Counted from the stretch's first letter, positions 18,852-28,498 are shown. The stretch is 46,588 nt of DNA from Myxococcota bacterium (GCA_036012755.1 DASCPX010000082.1:1-46588), one strand, 5' to 3'. A program made the numbers and translations. The notes: a model not told the origin generated them from the sequence alone.

Positions 18852-20458
18852 ACCTCGTCGCCGACCACGGTGCCGGGCCCCATCCAGGACTCGAGCAGGG
18901 GCTCGACCTCGGGCTGCGCCATCGAGCGGTGCAGGACTATCCAGCGGACACCGACGTCGTAGGCCTGCTGGGCCATCCACTCCGGTCTCGTGTGGGGTAC
19001 CACGGTGATGATGTGCATCGCCTCGTCCGCCCGGCGCTCCGAGGTGCCCGCCAGCTCCCTGAAGAACTGGGTCCTCAGCAGCGAGGACGTGGAGGAGCGG
19101 GCGTCCGGCGCGTACACGATGGGCAGGTGGTGGCTGGACTGCCAGTAGAGGTAGCGCGAAGTGGCCATGGTGTAGCCAGCGTCCGTGGGGAGATCGAGCA
19201 CCCCCACGGCTCGCTCGCTCCCGAGGTCGCGGGCGATGTGCTCGTAGACCGCCGGGATCTCGGCGGGGGCGCGCTCCATCGGCCAGGGCGCGCCGCTGAC
19301 CACCAGGCCGTCGATGGCGACCAGGGCCAGCAGGACGGGCAGGACTCGGGGCCAGCGCGTCGTGAGGCGATGGGCGCCGAGACCAGCCAGCCCCGCCACC
19401 AGGGCCAGGGCCGGCACCGCCAGCCTCAGGGGGTGGGTCATGGCGAGGCCGGGGGCGAAGGACTGGACCAGCCACCAGGGCAGCCGGTAGGGGAGGATCC
19501 CCGCCTCCTTCACGTAGATGTAGGGCCCCAGCGCGAAGGCGATGCAGACGATGATGCTGGGCCACCACTTCCAGCGGCGGGAGTAGAGGGCGAGCGCGAG
19601 CGCGGCGATGCCCAGGTACATCGAGTGCTCGAAGCCCTCCAGCGACAGGTCCACCGACTGGAAGCCAAAGGGCTGGACGAAGGTGCGCAGGTCCACGGCG
19701 TTGTGAAGGGCCAGCTGCTGGTTCATGTCGGGGGGGTGCTTGATGATGGCGTCCTCGGCGGCCATCTGCAGCTTCATCAGGGTCAGCGCCGGGGTGGAGA
19801 CTGCAACCGCCACCAGGGCCCCGGACCACGCCTTCTTGATGTGCGGCAGGCCCCTCACGGCTAGGGCGATGCCCGTACCGAGACCCAGGTAGGGTGATGC
19901 GATCGTGGCGAGTCCCACCCCGAGACCCGCCAGCAGCCAGGCCTTCCAGGTGGGCTTCTGGGTGGCCTCGTGGCCCCAGGCCAGGGCCAGGGCCACCGGG
20001 CCGATGTCCGCCGCCTCGGTGATGCCGTTGTGCAGCTCCGAGATCATCCAGGCGCTGCCTGCGAAGGCGAGGGAGGCGACCCACGCCGCGGGGCTCGAGG
20101 CGCCGAGGGCCCGGGCAAGGCGGTGTGCTGCCCAGGAGGCGAAGGCGACGTAGAGCACCAGCGCGACGTTGTAGGCCATCGCGGTCCCGACGATGGGGAC
20201 CAGGGGCGTCGCGAGGAGGCCGAGGATGGGGTCGATGAACCACAGCACCCCTCCGTCCGGCCAGATCAGGTAATCCGTGCGCCAGGGAAGCTCGCCCTCG
20301 GACAGCGAGGCGAACCACCACCAGGGGCCCCAGGCGTGGTTCCAGACATCGACGTTGGGGTCGCCGATCAAGCTCGAGCGTGGTGACAAGACGATCGGCC
20401 AGGTCACCGCAAGCGCTAGCGCTGCGTGCCCGGACGCAGCCAGGACGCCCCTTCTCAA
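18797..20458 (-). CDS. Polytopic membrane protein, GT-C-fold glycosyltransferase-like, 553 aa
   Basis: About 11-12 hydrophobic segments; DVWNHAWGPWW and WPDGG in the first loop; HPLRL; soluble C-terminal domain (VLDLP...LYWQSSHHLP). Confidence 0.75.
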   Translation of the reverse strand: MRRGVLAASGHAALALAVTWPIVLSPRSSLIGDPNVDVWNHAWGPWWWFASLSEGELPWRTDYLIWPDGGVLWFIDPILGLLATPLVPIVGTAMAYNVALVLYVAFASWAAHRLARALGASSPAAWVASLAFAGSAWMISELHNGITEAADIGPVALALAWGHEATQKPTWKAWLLAGLGVGLATIASPYLGLGTGIALAVRGLPHIKKAWSGALVAVAVSTPALTLMKLQMAAEDAIIKHPPDMNQQLALHNAVDLRTFVQPFGFQSVDLSLEGFEHSMYLGIAALALALYSRRWKWWPSIIVCIAFALGPYIYVKEAGILPYRLPWWLVQSFAPGLAMTHPLRLAVPALALVAGLAGLGAHRLTTRWPRVLPVLLALVAIDGLVVSGAPWPMERAPAEIPAVYEHIARDLGSERAVGVLDLPTDAGYTMATSRYLYWQSSHHLPIVYAPDARSSTSSLLRTQFFRELAGTSERRADEAMHIITVVPHTRPEWMAQQAYDVGVRWIVLHRSMAQPEVEPLLESWMGPGTVVGDEVYWEVPLPREAPQVPGSR

Positions 20459-20468
20459 CGCGAGGCCG

Positions 20469-20603
20469 TCACAGGATCCCGTATCCCTCTTCGGCGTAGG
20501 TCTCTGGAAGGGTGTTGTCTTCGTCCGCCGTCCACCAGAGGAGGGCGACGACGCCGATGACGATCAGCGCGGCGCCACCGACCCAGATCAAGACGTCCTT
20601 CAT
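20469..20603 (-). CDS. Small single-pass membrane protein, 44 aa
   Basis: MKDVLIWVGGAALIVIGVVALLWWTADEDNTLPETYAEEGYGIL*; ATGA-coupled to the mlrC-like stop and ends 10 nt before the next start. Not in the ORF track. Confidence 0.7.
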   Translation of the reverse strand: MKDVLIWVGGAALIVIGVVALLWWTADEDNTLPETYAEEGYGIL

Positions 20604-22084
20604 GGCTTCAGTCTACGCCGTCTGTCGGTGGGCCTCCAGTTCTCGACCGCTTCGAAGGGCCACACGCCGCTGGCGAAGTCGAACTCGCGCATCGCGTCGA
20701 AGTCCGTCAGGCCCGCGGTCTTCACGTAGAGCGCGAGCCGGTTCTGGAGGCGGTAGTGCCAGCGGAAGTGGAAGAAGCTCTTCACGACGACGATGTCCGC
20801 CTTCCAGACCGACAGGCCCGCGGACTCGTAGAAGCTCGGGTCCATCGAGATCGGTGCCGCCTCGGTGACCACCAGCTTCAGGTGTCCGCAGTCCAGCACC
20901 GCTCGATGACCGAAGCCCTCGTGGCTGTCGCGGAAGACGAGGCGCCCACGCAGTGGCAGCGGCGGCGAGCTCGAATCCCGGCGGCCCCCGAGCTCGAGGT
21001 CGACCTCCTCGTCGATCGTGGCCTCCGCGAGCCTCTGTACGGCGAGCTCGTCTCGAATGGCCGCGAGGCTGAGCAGCCCCTCCCCACCAGCGTGGAGCGC
21101 GCGGATGAGGTGGGTGTTCTCTCCCGGCGCTCCGGCCCCGGTGACGTCGCTGGCATCGCAGATCGTGACGCAACCGAGGGCTCGACGGAGCGAGGCATTG
21201 CGGACCTTCGCGAGGGCCTCGTCGGTCGAGAGGAACTCGGGCGGCTGCTCGTGCCGAACCGCCCAGGCGGCGTCGGCCAGCTCGTCGGCCAGGTCCTCTG
21301 CGGTCTCCGTGTCCTCGGCCACCGCCGCCACGGACCAGCCGAGCTCGGGTGAGTCGTTCCAGAGGTGGCACATGAACAGGGACGTCGACAGCACGCCCTT
21401 TCGCTTCTCTGCCCTGGACATCTGGCCGAAGACTCCCCGCATCGGCTGCAGCAGGTCGATGGTCGTGCCCCCGCCCATGACCAGCGGCAGGCTGCGCCAG
21501 GCGACGGCGGGGCGGAAGTCCTCGCGCGCCATGCGGATGAGCAGTTCCCCGGCGCGCCGTCCGGTGGCGGCGTGGTCCCGGTGGGGGTTCGTTCGGTAGG
21601 CGACGGGGGCGTCGATCGCGGCCATCAGCCTGGGTGTGAGCAGGCCATGGAGGTCGAAGCTCGCGACGAGGGGCCGCTCCCCGAGGACATCCCGCAGGGC
21701 CTCGCAGACGAGGGCCTCTGGTCCTTCGAGGTCCCGCGCTCCCATCGCGCCGTGGAGGCTGAGGAAGAGGCCGTCCACCTCGACCGAGCGAAGGGCGCTG
21801 ACCAGGCGGTCCCTGAGTGTCTCGACGGTCTCGCGTGTCAGGGGACCACCGGGGAAGGCCCAGGCGGACAACAGCGGCACGGCCTCGACGCCCTCTCCCC
21901 CGCAGGCGCGGACGAAGCCGGAGAGCTCGGCGTGCTTCAAGAGGCCCTGGACCTCCGAGCCCTTTCTCGAGCAGGCGTGGGCAAGGTCCTCGCCCTCCAG
22001 GTAGTGGGCGAAGTCCGAGATGGTGGTCGACACAGGAGACAGGCAGTGGGTCTCCTGGTTCAGGCGGGCGTAGGCGAGGCGCAT
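20600..22084 (-). CDS. MlrC-like M81 family metallopeptidase
   Basis: QETH, LSLHGAM, FDLHG, YRTNPHRD, DASDVTGAGAPG and VVKSFFHFR motifs; alternative start at 22096. Confidence 0.9.
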   Translation of the reverse strand: MRLAYARLNQETHCLSPVSTTISDFAHYLEGEDLAHACSRKGSEVQGLLKHAELSGFVRACGGEGVEAVPLLSAWAFPGGPLTRETVETLRDRLVSALRSVEVDGLFLSLHGAMGARDLEGPEALVCEALRDVLGERPLVASFDLHGLLTPRLMAAIDAPVAYRTNPHRDHAATGRRAGELLIRMAREDFRPAVAWRSLPLVMGGGTTIDLLQPMRGVFGQMSRAEKRKGVLSTSLFMCHLWNDSPELGWSVAAVAEDTETAEDLADELADAAWAVRHEQPPEFLSTDEALAKVRNASLRRALGCVTICDASDVTGAGAPGENTHLIRALHAGGEGLLSLAAIRDELAVQRLAEATIDEEVDLELGGRRDSSSPPLPLRGRLVFRDSHEGFGHRAVLDCGHLKLVVTEAAPISMDPSFYESAGLSVWKADIVVVKSFFHFRWHYRLQNRLALYVKTAGLTDFDAMREFDFASGVWPFEAVENWRPTDRRRRLKP

Positions 22085-22139
22085 CGTCACCTTCATGTCT
22101 CACCCGCGGATCGCCATCTGCGCTACCGATGCGCCCATC

Positions 22140-23558
22140 ATGTGTGGCTTTGTCGCAATCCTGGGGACCGAACCGGCCGCGCCTCGACTGGTCTTGGGGC
22201 TGCACGCCATCCAGCACCGCGGCCAGGACGCCGCCGGGATCGGGACGCTCAACGGCAGCGGGCTGCACCTGCACAAGGGCATGGGCATGATCGGCCAGGC
22301 CGTGCCTGACCTGGAGCGGCTCACGGGCAGCTCGGGCATAGCGCACGTGCGCTACCCCACGGCCGGTGTCAGCGCGACCTCAGAGGACGCCCAGCCATTC
22401 TTCACGCGCCGCATGGGGCTCTTGCTGGCCCACAACGGGAACGTGACCAACGTGCCCGAGGTGACAGAGGCGCTCCGCAGGCAGGGCGTGCACGTCATGT
22501 CCCAGTGCGACGCAGAGCCCATCCTGCTGGTGCTGGCCCAGGAGCTGACCGCGCGCCGGGCCTCGAATCACACCAAGCACGACCTGCGTGGTGCAATCGA
22601 CGCGTTGTTCTCGCGGGTGCGCGGGGCCTTCTCGGTGGTGCTGCTGATGGAGCTGGAGGGGGTGCGCACGCTGGTGGCCTTCCGCGACCCCCACGGCATC
22701 CGGCCAGGGGTCTATGGACGGACCGCCGATGGCTGGATCGCCGCCAGCGAGAGCGTCAGCCTCGATGTCCTTGGCGTGGAGAAGTTGGGAGACCTTCCCT
22801 GTGGTGCGGCCTTGTTGTTCCAGCTCGATCGCGAGCCGGAGCTTCTCGAGGTGGCCGCGCCCCAGCCGCGTCCCTGCGTCTTCGAGCGCATCTACTTCGC
22901 CCGGCCGGACTCCCGCATGGAGGACGGCCGGGTGAACCGGACGCGCTGGCGCCTCGGCCGGCAGCTGGCTCGGGAGTGGAAGGCCAGAGGCCTCGAGGCC
23001 GACGTCGTCGTCGCTGTTCCGGACAGCTCCCGCCCGGCGGCGATGGCGATGGCCGAGGAGCTCGGCATCAAGAACCGCGAGGGCTTCATCAAGAACCGCT
23101 ACAGCGGGCGCACGTTCATCATGCCGGACCAGGCCAGCCGCGACTCCGCCCTGCGCCTGAAGCTGAACCCCATCCGCGAGATCTTCGAGGGCCAGCGGGT
23201 CCTGCTCGTCGACGACAGCATCGTCCGGGGCAGCACCATGGGCCGCATCGTGCGCATGGTCAGGGGCCTGGGGCCCAGCGAGCTCCACGTCGCCATCTTC
23301 TCGCCGCCGGTCCGGTACCCCTGCTTCTACGGTATCGACATGCCCACCCGCGAGGAGCTCATCGCGGCGCGCATGGAGACCTCTGTGCTCGCCGAGTACT
23401 TCGGCACCGACTCCTTGACCTATCTCTCTCGCGAGGGCCTCGCCGAAGTCGGCGGGGAGTCGATCTGCGCCGCCTGCTTCGACGGCTGCTATGTGGTCCC
23501 GGTGAGCGCCGACGAGCGCGCGCAGATCACCGCGAACCGCCGCCCCCGAAGCCACTGA
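22140..23558 (+). CDS. purF: Amidophosphoribosyltransferase
   Basis: MCGF N-terminal nucleophile, QHRGQDAAG, HVRYPT, AHNGN, CVFERIYFARPDS, LVDDSIVRGST, PCFYGID, CAACF. Confidence 0.97.
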   Translation: MCGFVAILGTEPAAPRLVLGLHAIQHRGQDAAGIGTLNGSGLHLHKGMGMIGQAVPDLERLTGSSGIAHVRYPTAGVSATSEDAQPFFTRRMGLLLAHNGNVTNVPEVTEALRRQGVHVMSQCDAEPILLVLAQELTARRASNHTKHDLRGAIDALFSRVRGAFSVVLLMELEGVRTLVAFRDPHGIRPGVYGRTADGWIAASESVSLDVLGVEKLGDLPCGAALLFQLDREPELLEVAAPQPRPCVFERIYFARPDSRMEDGRVNRTRWRLGRQLAREWKARGLEADVVVAVPDSSRPAAMAMAEELGIKNREGFIKNRYSGRTFIMPDQASRDSALRLKLNPIREIFEGQRVLLVDDSIVRGSTMGRIVRMVRGLGPSELHVAIFSPPVRYPCFYGIDMPTREELIAARMETSVLAEYFGTDSLTYLSREGLAEVGGESICAACFDGCYVVPVSADERAQITANRRPRSH

Positions 23559-24541
23559 AGACCCGCCACCAGCTCCGCCAAGGTGACGCCCGACTCACCG
23601 GGCTGACCGAAGGCTCTGTCGCGCTGGTGGTGACCTCGCCCCCCTACCCGATGGTGGCGATGTGGGACGAGGTCTTTGGCGACGAGGCTGCTGCCCGGCT
23701 CGCCGCAGAGGACGGCCCAGGCGCCTTCGAGGCGATGCACTGTGTCCTCGACGCGGCCTGGGCGGAGGCGTTCCGGGTCCTGATGCCCGGCGGTCTGTGT
23801 TGCATCAATATCGGCGATGCGACACGGTCTATCGGCGGGCAGTTCGCGCTGTGGCCGAACCACGCACAGATCCTCCACCAAGCCCGAGAGCTCGGCTTCA
23901 CCGTATTGCCAGACATCATCTGGCGGAAGCCGAACAACAGCCCGACCAAGTTCATGGGGTCGGGGATGCTGCCTGCTGGTGCCTACGTCACCTACGAACA
24001 CGAATACATCCTGGTCCTGCGAAAGGGCGGTCGTCGTCGCTTCGACAGCCAGAGCGCGCGCGCGAACCGCAGGGCCTCTGCGGTGTTCTGGGAGGAGCGC
24101 AACAAGTGGTACTCGGATCTGTGGGACCTCACGGGGACGAAGCAGGCGCTGTCTGGAGCGACCCGGAAGCGCTCGGGGGCCTTTCCCTTCGAGCTCGCCT
24201 TCCGGCTCATCAGCATGTACAGCGTCTACGGTGACCTCGTCCTCGACCCCTTCGCCGGGACCGGGACGACCTCGATCGCCGCGGCGACTGCTGGTCGACA
24301 CAGCCTGGGGCTGGAGCTGGACGCAGCCCTGGTCGATGCCTTCGAGCTCCGGGTGCTCGACCGTCCACGGCGGCGCCTGGAGGAACACCGAGCCTTCGTC
24401 TCGGGTCGGGACTGCAAGCACGCAAACACCCGGTATGGGCCGGTCGTCACGTCACAGGAGACCGACCTGGAGCTTCGCGTCGGGACGGTCACGTCGCCCT
24501 CTGAGGTGGACTACGCTGAGCTCGACCCGGTGGTGTCGTGA
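23555..24541 (+). CDS. Site-specific DNA amino-methyltransferase (beta class, N4-C or N6-A)
   Basis: GDAR, VTSPPY (motif IV), IIWRKPN, DPFAGTGTT (motif I); apparent start is CTG overlapping the purF TGA. Confidence 0.92.
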   Translation: MKTRHQLRQGDARLTGLTEGSVALVVTSPPYPMVAMWDEVFGDEAAARLAAEDGPGAFEAMHCVLDAAWAEAFRVLMPGGLCCINIGDATRSIGGQFALWPNHAQILHQARELGFTVLPDIIWRKPNNSPTKFMGSGMLPAGAYVTYEHEYILVLRKGGRRRFDSQSARANRRASAVFWEERNKWYSDLWDLTGTKQALSGATRKRSGAFPFELAFRLISMYSVYGDLVLDPFAGTGTTSIAAATAGRHSLGLELDAALVDAFELRVLDRPRRRLEEHRAFVSGRDCKHANTRYGPVVTSQETDLELRVGTVTSPSEVDYAELDPVVS

Positions 24542-25785
24542 CCGACGCGAGACGTGACCGTGCGGCCGGGATCGTCGTGAGGGCGGCCCTGGCGGTCGTG
24601 GTGATCCTGGTCGTCGCGCTGTGGGCGACCGGCCGGGCGCTGAGTGTCGACGACGAGGTCCTGTGGAACCTGGACCACCCGGCGGAGGTCACGATCGTGG
24701 GGGAGCGGGCCACCGACGTCCCGGGCTTCTGCCGCATGGTCTTCCTCTACGAGCACCCCCTGGCTCCAGAGGGGCACCAGGTCAATGACTACGTGCCCTG
24801 CGCCTGGAAGCCGGAGGTGGGCGACGTGGTCAGCGTGTGGGCATGTCCATGGAACCCCTGGGCGGTGCTCTTCCCGCACAACGTCTGGGCTCGGGGTGTC
24901 GGGGTCCTGTTGTTGTGGCTTCTGGTCCTGGGCGCGGTCCTGGGTCTGCTACGGCGCGCAGGTCGCAAGGGGATCGACTGGGTGGGGCCGACGCTCGCGG
25001 CCCTGAAGGCGGAGGGGATCGAGGCCAGGCGGTTGTCCAGGGGCGGCATCTCCGTCGGCTCGGAGGGGGTCTTCGACAAGAGCGGCGAGGCGATGTCCAT
25101 CTCGGTTGGTGCCGAGGGGCTGCCGGACTGCCACATCTCGCGAGCGACCGTCCTTCCCGGGGAGTCCCTGGAGGTCGGCCTCGATGACTTCGACAGACAG
25201 TGGCGGCTCAAGACCCCCCTGCCCTTGGAGCTTGCGCTGGCCCTCTCGGAGCGCGCGCGCAAGCTCATGGACCGCGTCGACGGCTGCGAGATCCGCCAGG
25301 GCACGATGCGTGTCTGGGGGGCCCAGGGTCACCCGAGCACCTTCATCCGCCACGCGCTGAAGCTCCGAGCGGCGCTGACCACTGGCCTCTGGGGCGAGCT
25401 GGAGATTGCCGGGCTCGAGCGACTGCGCCACGGCTTCACCGGTGAGATCGACGGTCTCCCGGTGTCCGTCTCCCTCCGCCAGGACGGTCCGGAGGTCCAC
25501 ACCCTGGTCCACGTCCAGGTGAAGAGCTCCTTCCAAGCCGCGCGCGAGGGGCTCTGGAACGCCGAGAAGACGGGAAACGTCGTCGTGGACCAGCTCATCC
25601 AGCTCAGCGGTCACTGCCCCCAGCTCGAGGACGAGGCCTTCGTGGGGCTCCTGCTCGAGGTCGTCCATGGCCACGGCGGAGTGGTCCACAAGAACCACCT
25701 CGCGGTCGAGAAGCCCGGGATCCTCGCGGATGAGCTCGTGGAGCTCGTCGACACCTGTGTGCGTCTTGCTCGTCAGCTGAGGTGA
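24538..25785 (+). CDS. Hypothetical membrane protein (2 TM), 415 aa
   Basis: GTGA coupling to the methyltransferase; two hydrophobic spans around a small loop domain. Confidence 0.75.
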   Translation: MTDARRDRAAGIVVRAALAVVVILVVALWATGRALSVDDEVLWNLDHPAEVTIVGERATDVPGFCRMVFLYEHPLAPEGHQVNDYVPCAWKPEVGDVVSVWACPWNPWAVLFPHNVWARGVGVLLLWLLVLGAVLGLLRRAGRKGIDWVGPTLAALKAEGIEARRLSRGGISVGSEGVFDKSGEAMSISVGAEGLPDCHISRATVLPGESLEVGLDDFDRQWRLKTPLPLELALALSERARKLMDRVDGCEIRQGTMRVWGAQGHPSTFIRHALKLRAALTTGLWGELEIAGLERLRHGFTGEIDGLPVSVSLRQDGPEVHTLVHVQVKSSFQAAREGLWNAEKTGNVVVDQLIQLSGHCPQLEDEAFVGLLLEVVHGHGGVVHKNHLAVEKPGILADELVELVDTCVRLARQLR

Positions 25786-25788
25786 TGG

Positions 25789-26473
25789 TCAGAGGTCGAT
25801 GAGGTAGACGACGCCGGTCGACTCGCGGTCCTCCCACTCGGTTCGGCGCTCCCACGGCGAGCAGCGGGCGTCCGGCGCCCTCGAAGTCCACGAGCACAGC
25901 CGAAGACCCCGCGTTGTCGTCGGGGTCCTCGCCGCGCCAGGTGAGCCCTTCTGTCACCGAGACCGAGCCGCTCAACGGACCTGCCAGCAAGTAGACCGCC
26001 CCGACGCCCCCCCAGGGGTCATCCACGGCAAATGCACCGACCAGGATCTCCCCGAAGCCGTCGTCGTCGAGGTCTCCTCCGCTTGCCACGGCCGTCGGGA
26101 GGTCCCCGTCTCCCTCCATGACGAGCGTGGCGGCAGCGGGCTCCGAGATTGGGCCGCTGCCTGTCGCCGGGCCGCTGACGACGTAGATGTCGTCGCATCC
26201 CTGGCACGCCGACACGAGGTCGTTCAGACCATCACCGTCGAGATCGAGCGCCACGGCGACGGACTCCTTGCCCAGGCGCGCGTCGGGCCCCGTCCAGCGT
26301 CCGACGGCGTCCGCGAGTGTGCTGCCGAGGCCCTGGACGACGTACACGACGCCTTCGTTGTCGTCCGGTGCGTCCAGCTCAGGAGCGGCGACGACCAGCT
26401 CGTCGATCCCGTCCCCGTCCAGATCGCCGGCGGCGAGGGCGGCCCCGGCGCCACCATTGCCGTCCTCGCCGTC
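25789..26473 (-). pseudogene. FG-GAP (integrin-alpha) repeat fragment with no start and a frameshift near the 3' end
   Basis: AGDLDGDGIDELVVAAP, GDLDDDGFGEILVGA, GAVYL; the likely true end ...ESTGVVYLIDL* is in another frame. Confidence 0.7.
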
Positions 26474-27381
26474 TACGCGATGCTGGCGTTCTCGAGCCAG
26501 CCGCCAGGACCCTCTTCGGCTGTGTTGCCGACGACGGTCGCGTGAGCGATGCCGAGGTGGGCGTCACCCACCCAGAACGGCCCACCGGTCTCGGCGGTGT
26601 TTCCGGCGAGCGCTGCCTGGATCAGCGTGGCGTTGGCTTGCTCGCCGACCCAGATACCGCCGCCGTCCTCTGCGTGGTTGGCGACGACTCGGAGCCTGCT
26701 CGCGACCAGGCTTCCCATCGCCATGGTGAGGCCGCCTCCGTACCCGGTGCCGTCCCAGCCGCCTTCCGCGCTGTTGTGGGCGATGAGGACGTCGTCGAAC
26801 CGTGCCTCGACGGATCGCATGGCGATCCCCGCGCCGAAGCCGTCGTACCGGTCGCCGGCCGCCCGGTTGTTCCGCACCTCGACCCGCTCCAGGGTCAGGG
26901 TGCCCCCGGTTGCGCGTATTCCACCACCGCTGCCGGTGTAGTAGTCGCTGGCCTCGTTGTCCCGGACCACCACATCCCGCAAGACCACGTCTGCCTCGTC
27001 AATTGCCAGTCCGGCGCCGAAGTCGGCGAATCCTCCCCGCACTTCGACACCTGCGAGGGTCAGGGAGCCGCGGTTCACCTGCAGGACGCGGCCGAAGTCG
27101 CCCCCGTCCAGGAGGACCACTCCAATCCCGAGGATCTCTACGTCCCGGTCGGCGAGCACCAGAGGCGGATACGCTCCGCTGCCCCGGCAGACCTGATCTC
27201 CGATGGCCAGTGCCTCCTTCAGCGTCGCGACGTCCTCGGGAACGCGCACCCAGCCCAACGGGCACTCAGCGACAGGGTCGCCGGTATCCGCGGTGTCCCC
27301 GCTGTCGTTGACCTCTGGCGGATTCGCCACCGGTCTGTCGAGGGGTCCCGGGGTTCCGACGTAGGAGAACAGCCAGAGCAC
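26473..27381 (-). CDS. Right-handed parallel beta-helix (pectin-lyase-like, GGGI-repeat) secreted protein, apparently truncated
   Basis: VRVPEDVATLKEAL, repeated N.A...GGGI; stops abruptly at the FG-GAP fragment. Confidence 0.7.
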   Translation of the reverse strand: MLWLFSYVGTPGPLDRPVANPPEVNDSGDTADTGDPVAECPLGWVRVPEDVATLKEALAIGDQVCRGSGAYPPLVLADRDVEILGIGVVLLDGGDFGRVLQVNRGSLTLAGVEVRGGFADFGAGLAIDEADVVLRDVVVRDNEASDYYTGSGGGIRATGGTLTLERVEVRNNRAAGDRYDGFGAGIAMRSVEARFDDVLIAHNSAEGGWDGTGYGGGLTMAMGSLVASRLRVVANHAEDGGGIWVGEQANATLIQAALAGNTAETGGPFWVGDAHLGIAHATVVGNTAEEGPGGWLENASIA

Positions 27382-27389
27382 AGCTCATC

Positions 27390-28043
27390 CTACTGCCAGC
27401 CGAGGGCCTGAAGCCGGGCGTCGAGCAGCTCGGGGAAGCGCTTGTACCAGGTCGCGTTCAGGGGCGAGGGGTGAGGCAGGGGGTGCAGCCGCATGCTCTT
27501 GCCTCGGAGCTCGACTGTCAGGCTCGCCTCGTAGCGGTCCTCTCTGGCCCAGAAGGTGGCCAGCTCGGACTTCAGCGAGGGCTCTGCCAGGCGGAACCAG
27601 TCGAAGGCCACGTTGCCGCAGGTGATGAGGTCCCGGCCTTGCCAGCGCTCGGCCATCAGCGTCGCGATGGGCTCGATGAAGCGGCGCTTGACCTTCACCG
27701 ACCAGGCCTTGTTCCCGGTGGGCTTGTAGGGCACCGTGTTGCACCAGAAGACGCTCCGACCGACCTCGACCGAGGCCTCGACGGAGGGGCAGCAGGCGCC
27801 GTGTCGGGCTCTGTGGAAGCCGTCGCGGATCAGCTGGCCCCCCTTGCCGATGAAGGGCTCCTCGTGCACGACCTCGAAGCGCCCAGGGTCGCGCCCGAAG
27901 ACACCGACCTCGGCCTCGAGCGAGCCGCAGCCGAGCAGGATCGGCCAGGTCGGATCGCGCCCGGCGGCGCGGTAGACGGGAAGGTCGATGTCCATGTCCC
28001 CGCGTCCGGCCTCCTCGGCCATCCGCTCCAACAGATCCCTCAC
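27390..28043 (-). CDS. Uracil-DNA glycosylase superfamily protein, 217 aa
   Basis: GRDPG..E....PFIG..G (motif A), NTVPYKP, LPHPSPLN (motif B); GTGA-coupled to the TerB gene. Confidence 0.9.
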   Translation of the reverse strand: MRDLLERMAEEAGRGDMDIDLPVYRAAGRDPTWPILLGCGSLEAEVGVFGRDPGRFEVVHEEPFIGKGGQLIRDGFHRARHGACCPSVEASVEVGRSVFWCNTVPYKPTGNKAWSVKVKRRFIEPIATLMAERWQGRDLITCGNVAFDWFRLAEPSLKSELATFWAREDRYEASLTVELRGKSMRLHPLPHPSPLNATWYKRFPELLDARLQALGWQ

Positions 28044-28489
28044 TCGAGGACGGAGGCGATCGTCAGCTCGTCGAGGCCCATGTTGCGGCCGAGCTGCACG
28101 ACCTGCTCGCGGAAGACCTTCACACCGGCGAGCTGACCCAGCAGGTGGGCGGCGACGTCGGCGATGGCCTTGGCGACCTCTGGCTCTCCGAGACCCAGGT
28201 CCGTGGCGTAGTCGCGGATGCAGACGCTCTCCTCCTCCGAGATGCGGCCGTCGGCGAAGGCCACCAGGACGAGGCTCTTCAAGAAGGCCTCCCTGAGCGC
28301 GGGGGTGTCGATCACCGAGAGGTCGACCTCTGCGGTGGCCTCTGTGCCGAGGCTCTTCTCGAACTCGTCGATGAGCGCCTCTTCGCGGGGGTGCAGCCCG
28401 TCGGAGAGGGCGACGACTCGCATCGCGGCGGCGATGGTGCCCCCGGTGCGGCTGTCGATGTCTGGGACCTTGGACATGATCTTGTTCAT
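28040..28489 (-). CDS. TerB-family protein, 149 aa
   Basis: Duplicated VALSDG.HPRE / VAFADGRISEEE...A..LGL motifs. Confidence 0.85.
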   Translation of the reverse strand: MNKIMSKVPDIDSRTGGTIAAAMRVVALSDGLHPREEALIDEFEKSLGTEATAEVDLSVIDTPALREAFLKSLVLVAFADGRISEEESVCIRDYATDLGLGEPEVAKAIADVAAHLLGQLAGVKVFREQVVQLGRNMGLDELTIASVLE

Positions 28490-28498
28490 GCTCTCGAC

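Noticed and set aside
17400..20321. 973-aa minus-strand ORF and similar long overlapping ORFs (3185-5158, 10509-11915, 37957-39834)
   Set aside because: These are antisense or off-frame shadows expected at high GC; the overlapping frames carry the recognisable motifs.
20600..22084. Microcystin degradation (mlr) cluster
   Set aside because: Only an MlrC-family member is present, with no mlrA, mlrB or mlrD; the family is widespread.
22505..23554. Long N-terminal extension of the methyltransferase (678-aa ORF)
   Set aside because: It is an off-frame shadow of purF with Arg/Pro/Gly-rich composition.
23555..25785. Complete type II restriction-modification system
   Set aside because: The downstream gene has two TM helices and no recognisable PD-(D/E)xK, HNH or GIY-YIG motif.
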